Shown: piece after piece, positions 52,201-61,200 of the stretch
Numbering within the stretch: position 1 is the stretch's first letter
How the letters are laid out: each line of letters begins with the position of its first letter
Origin: Bugula neritina
Taxonomy: Eukaryota > Animalia > Bryozoa
Direction of reading: 5' to 3'
Assembly: GCA_964035545.1 (NCBI GenBank)
Contig: OZ037767.1
Coordinates: 22,212,628 to 22,276,627 of the forward strand
Length of the DNA: 64,000 nucleotides
Program-made: the position numbers and the translations under genes
The notes under the pieces: generated by a model
Database searches by the model: none
Seen by the model: the letters and a program-made list of their open reading frames with translations, nothing else
What the model was told of the DNA's origin: nothing

Positions 52201-55200
52201 AAATATTTATTAATGTTAGGAATTTGTTTTCTCGTTCTAAAATTAATTTCTTTAAGAGATATATTATTAATTACTGGTATATATAAATATTCGAGTAACG
52301 GTGTATATTTTTTTTGTTCGGCTTCAGCTATTAGTTTATCGAGTAATTCAACGGTAAGATCCATATTATAAAATAATAAAATAATAAAAATCATTTTTTT
52401 ATATAAATGGATTTTCGACGAGAAAAATTAGAACTCTTAAACGATGAAATTATTAAATTAGAAAACGAATACGAGCAAAAACTTAATTGTTTTAATTGGC
52501 TATCGAAATCGTTAAAAATAATTTCGGGATTATGCGGTACAATGAATTTAATATGCGGTGTTATTATTACGGCGTTATTAAACGCTAACGTTACTAAACA
52601 AACGTTATTACCATTATCTATAATAGTAAGTATAATGAGCGTAATTACTACTTCTATTTCTTCTCAAGATACTAAATTAATTAAATCTACGTTAATGTAT
52701 TTAGATATATATACCTTTATAAAAGATTCAAAATTAGAAATTAATTCTATGTTATCGAAATTTTTAAGCGACTCTCATATAGACGAAGAAGAGTACGACG
52801 CTATAACCGAAAAATATAAAAATATTAATAGCGTAATATCGGATAAAATAAGCGACATAATAATCGCTCGTAACAACGTTTGTTAATTACTTGCAAAATG
52901 CAATTAATTAAAAAAGGGAGTTCAATATAAAAATATCCGTATATTTATATATGTTTTCTTTAACTAATGTAAAGCGTCATTTCTTCTTTTTTCTATTTCG
53001 TCTTCGGCGTATTTTAGTTTAGTAAAGAATGACGGTATTCTAGCCGCCGCGTAATTCATTAAACTTACGTTAAGTTCTTGAATTATTTCTTTAGTTTTGT
53101 AAATAGTTTTTATTTTTATTTTTCCATTATCTTCTTTATAAATAATTTCTTTTTTATTATTATAAGTAATTTCTTCAAGTAATCCACATTCATTAGTTGA
53201 ATTATTCATTTCGTCTAATATATTAAATTTTTTATATATAATTCTTTCTTTAATATCACCGCCTTCGTATACTCGTTTTTCACAATCATTGTTTTTATAT
53301 ATCGTTTCGGTAATCGGGGTGCCGTCGAGGCTTTTATAAGTAATTACTGTTGACATTTATATATGTTTTCTTTAACTATAACAGCATGCCTAAAAGAGGA
53401 ATGTTTTTAAACGGACTATTCGGACCTAAAATTAAACCTTCACCTTTTATATAGCTAGAACCTTGTTTTAAATATAAACCGTTACCTTTCATTAAATTAG
53501 ACGACGCGACTGGTTTTAAAGTAATAGAACCGTTTAAATTAGGTTCTACGGAACATACGCATCCGCCTTTTTTCAAATAAAGACCTTTACCTTTAATAGC
53601 TCTTTCGACTCCGGCGCTAGCGGCTCCCGAAAGTACGCCGGGTATAATAGTTTTTAATAACGTAGGTATTACTCTCGTGGCTATACCCAATAGAGCTCCT
53701 AAAAATCCTCCGCTCATTGACGCGTTAGTTTTTACTAACGACGGAGACATTTCGAGCGTTATATTTTTTTTATTCGCGTTTAACGCTTTTAAAATATTAT
53801 CGTTTTGCGTTTTCGTAACGACTAGTTTATCATTTCCGCTTTCGAGAGGTAATTTAATAACGCAACCCTTATTGCTTCTATAAGCGTTCATTATTTTTTG
53901 TTTTTGCGCCTGCGGCACGTTTCCTATAATTTCGCAATAACCCATTTATATAATACATTAAACTTCTCTTAAATGAAATCTTATTGAAAGTTGTTCACCG
54001 CTAAGATCTAATAAATTACCTTTTTGATCGGTTACCGTAACGGTTAACGTCTTAATATATTTAACGTGAACGGGTAAGTATATTAAATTATGAGGTTTTT
54101 CTATTATTTTATATCCCGGACTAACGCTCGGAAAAAATGAATAGATAACGGGTTTATAAGTACCATCGATATAACTTCCGTTAATACAATCAACTTGTAC
54201 GTGTATAGCGTTTATATTTAAAATATTTACTATGTTCGTAGCTTCAATATAAGGTTGATTGTATATTGCCGCGTCAAAACCTAAAACGTCTCTTAGAGAA
54301 TTTTCAATGTTAAAATCTATCTGATAATTTTGTTTTAATTTAAGTATAATTCTAAAAGTTACTTTATTAGCTTGTAAAGTAATACCGTTTCTATTACCCC
54401 CCTCTTTTACTATTTCGTCTTGAATAGCTTCTTCTAATTGATCTAATTCATATACTCCAATTGGTAACGAAACTAAATACCACGTAATGCCACCGTCTTT
54501 AGACCATCTATAGGAATTTCTATCGGCACTAATGTTTGGAAAAGAATAAAACGTATCCAAACTAATAAGACACATTTCGTATTTTTTATTTTTATTTAAT
54601 TCTATAGGCGGATTAAGTTGAGTAATTATTCTCGTTTTAGTATCGGTAACTCCTATAGTCATCGTTTGTTTAGAGGCCGTATTATCAGCAATTTCTCTTA
54701 AAATTCTATTATCTATTTATATAACTTTTAAATTATTTCCATCGGAACTGAGAGACATAGTTTTATCCGATAAAATTAGCGCGTAAGCTTGAGTATTAGC
54801 CGGCACGTTTTGACTAAACTGAACTCTTAATTGAATATCGGCTACGCTACTTTTAAGAGCCTCGCTTTGCTTACTAACGTCTATTACGAACAAAGCGTAA
54901 AGATCTTTATATTCGGAAGGTAATACGTTTGAATAAGCGATTAGCTCGTTTATACCGTAATATTCTCCGCAAAACTTAGAAGCGTCTCCATACACTCTAC
55001 TAAATTTCATTTTAGCGAAATCTATATCGTAATCAACCTCGGGATACCGCTCGCTGTTTAGCATCGCGTATACGCTTTTAACGTTAACGTGATCGAATAC
55101 GGCCGGATTAGCCGTTTGACTTTCATTCTTATCCGTTTGAAAACCTACGATAATATATTTAGGTTTTTCGGTATCTCCTCTAGAACCCAAACGCCACGTA

Positions 55201-58200
55201 AAGTTAGTAGTTTGCGGCACCGCGATACTATCACACCATCTAGATCTATAAATTAGGGGTAGTTGCGCCTTACTTTCTATAATTTTATAGAGTTTATGCT
55301 TCATTTCAAAACTAGGCGTTACGTGAGGCATCCACCACGATACTTTATCTAACGTTATTTTTCCCGCGTCTACGCCGTTTGCTCTATAAATAGCGTTATC
55401 GTTAGTATCGCGTACTAGCGTTAATTGATGTTTTATACCGTATAATACTTTTTCGTAATCGTCGGCGAATCCGAACAAATGTCTGAGATCCACTTTAATA
55501 CTAAAAGTACCTTTAGGATCTGGCTTTTGTATAATATAAATTTGACGCGCGTTAAAACCTAAATTAGCGGCGGCAGCGGCTGCGGTAGTATCTTTTGACC
55601 ACAACTGATTAAGACCTCTCGACTTACCGTAGTCGTCGGGATAAGTTAGTAAACCCATCATGGTCGAAGCGTGTCCGGGATTATTTATATATATTCCAAG
55701 TCGTGTCCGTCGAGTTGATATCTAATACTTTTAAACAAATAAGCCATACCGTTATTCGTTAACGTTATTAAGTCGGCGTCGGCGTAAGCGGTTCCATCGG
55801 CTTTAGTTAAACGACCTTCGATAATCAAATAACTTTTACTCGGCTGAACGTACAAATCTTGCTGATTAATAACTATTCTAATTTCACTGGGAGTATTTAA
55901 ATTCGTTCCCGTTACGGGTTCATATTCGTGTACCTGATCGCGTTCTACGCTCGTATCGAGTACAATTTTTTGTGTAATATTTAGAGAATCCATTTATTAT
56001 AGTAAAATAATTTCTTAATAAGCTATAGCTTGTCCGCTTCCTTCTAAAATATTACTTATATTACTATTATTTAATATATTTTTAGTTTGATTAAGCTTTT
56101 GTAGTATAGCTTGACTTTTAGCGTTTAACTTTTTTTGTTTTCTTTTTTTAATCGCGTTAACAATTTTTTCACCGGCCGCGGTACCCGCTTTAGCTATAGC
56201 CTTTTTACCTAATTCTCTTACGCTGGAATTACTAGCTATTTTAGTTACTACATTTTTAATGGTATCAAATATTCCACCACCGGCGTAGTGTCTTTGTAAT
56301 CGTTGTCTTTTATCGTAAACGTACATTTATTATACGAGAATACTTTTATAATAGTCACGAGTAATAATTTTCATTCTAAGTAATTCGTCTAATATAGACA
56401 CAATTTCGTTTCGTACTCCCGTATTTCCGGCTTTAGCGCTAGAAATTAAAAGTTCGAGTCGTTCTACTAAAGCGTTAGGATCAGACGATAAATATACTAC
56501 TCCAACACCGACTTGCCTTTTAGCTTTTTTACTATCAGCGAGTTTCGCTCTCTGAGGATATAATTGTTCCCAAATAGGTCTAACAATATTTTTCCATTTT
56601 TCACTATTTTTATCTATGGGACCGTGTTTACTTTGATATATAGCGCCGCTATTATCGAGTATATTAGCGTAATTCGCTAAATCATTATCATCGTATCCTA
56701 TAGGCGTTTTACGCGTTAAAAGACTTAAAAGTCCTCTAGTCGCCAAATATTCTTCGTTTTCAAAAATTATTTTACCATCGTTAAAGCTTATAGGTTTCGT
56801 ACCAATAACGTGTCTATTACCATCCCACTTTACGTTATAAGCGCCGGGTTCTAAGCCAGCTAAAGCGTTTTGAGTAAATTCATCTAAATTTATAACTCCA
56901 TCCGTTATAGCCGGTTGAACATTATAATTGGGTAATGTAAGCAATTGTTTTAACGCGTCAGTCGTTTGAGCTTGCGAAGCAATTACGGGTTCAAAATATT
57001 TTTCTTGAGCCATCGCGGCATTTAATTCTCGCTCGCGTTCTCGTTTAAAATTTTCTTTTAATTTATTCTTTCGAGAAATAAAATCTTGTACGGTTTTATC
57101 TCTTTTTATAGGGTCGTGAATCTTTAAGTAACTCATTTATTATATATTAATTTGTGTCTACTTTTTATGGACACAAACACATTTGTGTCTACTTTTTATG
57201 GACACAAACACATTTGTGTCCACTTTTGTGTCTACTTTTTATGGACACAAACACATTTGTGTCCATTTTTGTGTCTAGTGTCCACATTTGTGTCCACATT
57301 TGTGTCTAGTGTTCACTATAATCGTTCTAAAACGTTTAAATTTACCCAAGAATTTTGAGAATCGGGATAACCTAACCATTTTACTAAAGCCTTTTTACCT
57401 TTCTTTTTAATTACGCGCTCTATTCTATACATTTCTTGACTCGTCTTTTGTAATTCCTGTTCGTAAAAAGATCCTTGAATTTCTTCTCCTCCCGAGTCAG
57501 TTAATTTATAAGTAGTCGGATTAGTATATAATATTTTACTTATAGTAAACACTTCCTCCGTCCATCTAACTGTATAACCTTTTTCAAACGTTCGTTTCTT
57601 ACGAGGTATACGCACTCTATCACCTATAGCAAATTTAGGTTTAGAAGGCGCGGGTAAGTTTGGATATAATTTTACGCGTACTTTATTTTCGTTAGAAGGA
57701 TTACTAGCTTCAATCGGTGTCATTCCAATAGACGAATGTTTAGTCTCGTTATATCGTTTTACTAAATCTTTTAGTACGTCTATATATTTATAAGTATTAT
57801 TAGCCGAAAAATATTTAAACATTCGCTCTTTCATTGTTCTATTCCACCTTTCTACTACGCTAGACTTTTCTTCATTTTCCGTAGAATATAAGTCTATTAA
57901 AGACTTTACGTCTTTGTTATAAAATTCTTTTCCCTTGTCAACCCATAAATGTTGTGGCTTACGACGAGTTAAAATTGTTTTTAAAGCTAAAGCCGTCGCT
58001 TTTCCAGTCTTATTTTTTAAAGGTATTATTCAACCGTATTTTGAAAACACGTCTATTACCGTTAGTAAATATTTATAACCGTTATTAAATTTAGCAAATT
58101 CAGTCATATCAACCAAGTCGGCCGCCCAAATATTATCGATACCCGATACCCAAACTCGTCTTTTACGAAATTTTTTTTGTACAGGTTTATGTAGTTCTTC

Positions 58201-61200
58201 GGCTAACTCGTTCGTCCATCCCCATCCTAAACGCTTTTTCGCTCCTATTATTGCCGAGGCAAAACGACTGTGTCGCTGTTCGGCGGGTGTAGGATTAGGT
58301 ATAGCTTTCAGTTCGTCTAGCATATTTTTATCGCATATTTCGTTTCTAGTCTTAGTATCTTTATTAAGCGCGTAACATACGTCGTGTCTCATGGCTATAG
58401 CGTCATCTCGATCTACCGGTTTACTCCATTCTTTAGGAGTCATGTCGTCATTTAAACGCTTATTTAATTTAGTACCCGGTCCTAAAAAATTATGGCCTGG
58501 ATAATGCAATTCAAAAGGTAAATTATTTATTAAATTATTCGCTAAACCCGACCCAACGAATGTAGTTTTTTTACATCCGCATTGACCGCAATTACCGTAA
58601 CCCATTAGTCTATTATTTTTACTTACTCTCTTTTCGTAATTAAGAGTTTTCGTTTTAGTTTTACACTTACAACAATACATTTATTATAATAAATGGAAAT
58701 AGAAAATCTGTCGTGGAAAAACGAAATTAATCGTAATAATAATCCTTTACTTCCTAAAAGTATAAGAGGTCTTATCGTTGGAAAATCTGGATGCGGTAAA
58801 ACTACGTTACTTTGTAACTTACTATTACAACCTAATTGGCTCGATTACGATAAACTTATGATTTACGGTAAAAGTCTTTCTCAACCCGAATATATAAATA
58901 TGAGGAAGGCTTTCGAACGTAAATTAACTAAAGAAGAAATTTTAAATTTTTTTAAAAATAGTGACGCGATAATAAATTCGGGTATAAACGTAAATCGTGT
59001 TTTAAAAAATAGTAGGGGTAACGGTAATATAGACGCCGAGTTTATCGAATCTAGTGACGACGTTTATGATCCTAGCGAATTAGACGCTAGTAATAAAAAT
59101 TTAATAATATTCGATGATTTAATGTTGGAAAAACAAAAAACTTGCGAAAGTTATTACGTAAGAGGACGACACAATAACGTCGATTGTTTTTATTTGTCGC
59201 AAAATTATTTCAAGCTGCCTAGAAATACTATTCGAGAAAACGCTAATTTTATTTGTTTATTTCCTCAAGACGGAAAAAATTTAAATCATATATATCAAGA
59301 TCACGTAAACGGAGATTTAACGTTAAACGAATTTAAAAACTTTTGTTATAAAGGATGGCAAAAACCTCACGGCTTTATTACTTTAGATCTTTCTTCCTCA
59401 AAAAATAATGGAAGGTATAGACACGGGTTAGACGAATTTTATATACCGTAATAAATGAGTGTTTATAAATTTGGTGAATCATTAGCGAAAGCTAAAAAAG
59501 AAAATTATATCGAAAGAGTCGTAACTAAAAATAATAACGTTTTTATACAATCTTTTAGTACAACGATTAATATAGGAATGTTATTGGGATATATAGTGGA
59601 TAAACCGATAGAATTAAAATACGCTTTATTAGAATTTCAACATCTTCCAGCTAATAATAATAATCCTTTATATTGGAAAGATAAAAATTTAACTTTAATT
59701 ATTGGTGATGTTAATAATCCTCTCGAACACAATACTAAAGAATATATAATTCAAGGAGGCGTTGCACGAGTAAAAATACCTATGTTGGAATATATTGAGA
59801 GCGATAAAAATATTGGATTAGTATTACACTGCTCAAACGATTATACTAGTCGTAAACCCAATGACATTACGGTTAATGACAACGCGCCTATAGCTTTACC
59901 GTTTGAATTAGTGTCGTTAAAACTTTACTACAATTATAAATGAGTGTTTATAAATTCGGAGGAAGCGAAAAAACAAAAATAGATACAAAAAAATTCGTTT
60001 TAATAAACGGTAGTAGTACTCTTACGGGTACATTAGATATGGGTGAAAATAAAATATCTAGAGTTATTAATCCGGTTGACGATCAAGACGTAGCCACAAA
60101 AAAATACGTTGACGATACGAGTATACCAAAAATACAAAACCCTGTTAATCAGTTAACTATATCAACCGACGATGGACGCGTTATAGATAGCGATTTAAAA
60201 GTTGATGATGTCGTTACAAAAACTAATGTATCTAGTTACGCCGTACCCCTTATACGAGACCCGAGTGAAAAATTAACCGTATCAACTAATACGGGTAATA
60301 TTGTAGATAGTAATTTAAGCGTTAGCGATGTTATTACGACTAATAATATAAATAATTTCGCTATAAATAAAATACAACCAGCGAATGAAAAATTAACCGT
60401 TTCGACTACTTCGGGTAATGTTGCGGATAGTAGTTTAAGCGTTAGCGATATTATTACGACTAGTAATATAAATAATTTCGCTATGAATAAAATACAACCA
60501 ATAATTGGAGGTAAATTATTAATGCTTTCGAGTGATGGTAATATTGTAGAAACAAATATAAATATTTCAGATCTTATTACAATAAATAATATAAATAATT
60601 ACGCTATTCCTAAATTACAAGGAGCAGTTGGTAATAAATTAGTTATATCAACGAGCGATGGTAATATAATAGAATCTACAGAATCTCAACCCACATTTCC
60701 AAGTTATAACGTTTAAACACTAAATTATTATATTCTCAGCGTATAATAATTTATTATCTTACTAATAGTATTATATTGTGAGCTAGAACCATCCACCTTA
60801 AAAATATTTTTTTCTTATTTAAAAAAAAATATTTTTCTAAATAAAATTTATAATATTACACTACTTTTTATAATATTACACTACTTTTTTATAATATTAC
60901 TAATAGAGTAGTAGTAGGTGGATGCGTCCTGGATCGCTCTTCTGACACTGGCGAGTCGAAGACTCGACAGTGGAAGAAGAGTGAGCCAGGACCATCCACC
61001 TACTACTACTATTGATATATAATTTTGCAGTTGATATTATTAACCTATAATCTACTAGGAAAATTAGCTGATTTCTACATCAGTCTTGGTAATTCATATT
61101 AATTGAAAGATCGGAAACCTAGGCCAATAATTTATAAAATTTTTTAATAGTATTTTGGTGAGAGATTGAATTTAAATGTGGTAACTACAAAAGTTGAATA

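Larger units (their letters stand above)
46459..61010. mobile_element. Complete Polinton/Maverick (adintovirus-like endogenous DNA virus), 14,552 bp
   Basis: AGTAGTAGT...ACTACTACT termini, ATTGAT TSD (46453-46458, 61011-61016), 496-bp TIRs. Encodes pPolB, rve integrase, A32/FtsK ATPase, adenain-like protease, major and minor capsid proteins. Confidence 0.98.

Noticed and set aside
57151-57358. CRISPR-like array or 68-aa ORF in the Polinton intergenic repeat
   Set aside because: No unique spacers; the ORF starts at TTG and merely translates the repeat.
48405-58032. Alternative genetic code or programmed readthrough explaining the internal stops
   Set aside because: TAA and TGA both serve as ordinary terminators elsewhere in the element, TGG encodes Trp throughout, and the lesions are of different types.
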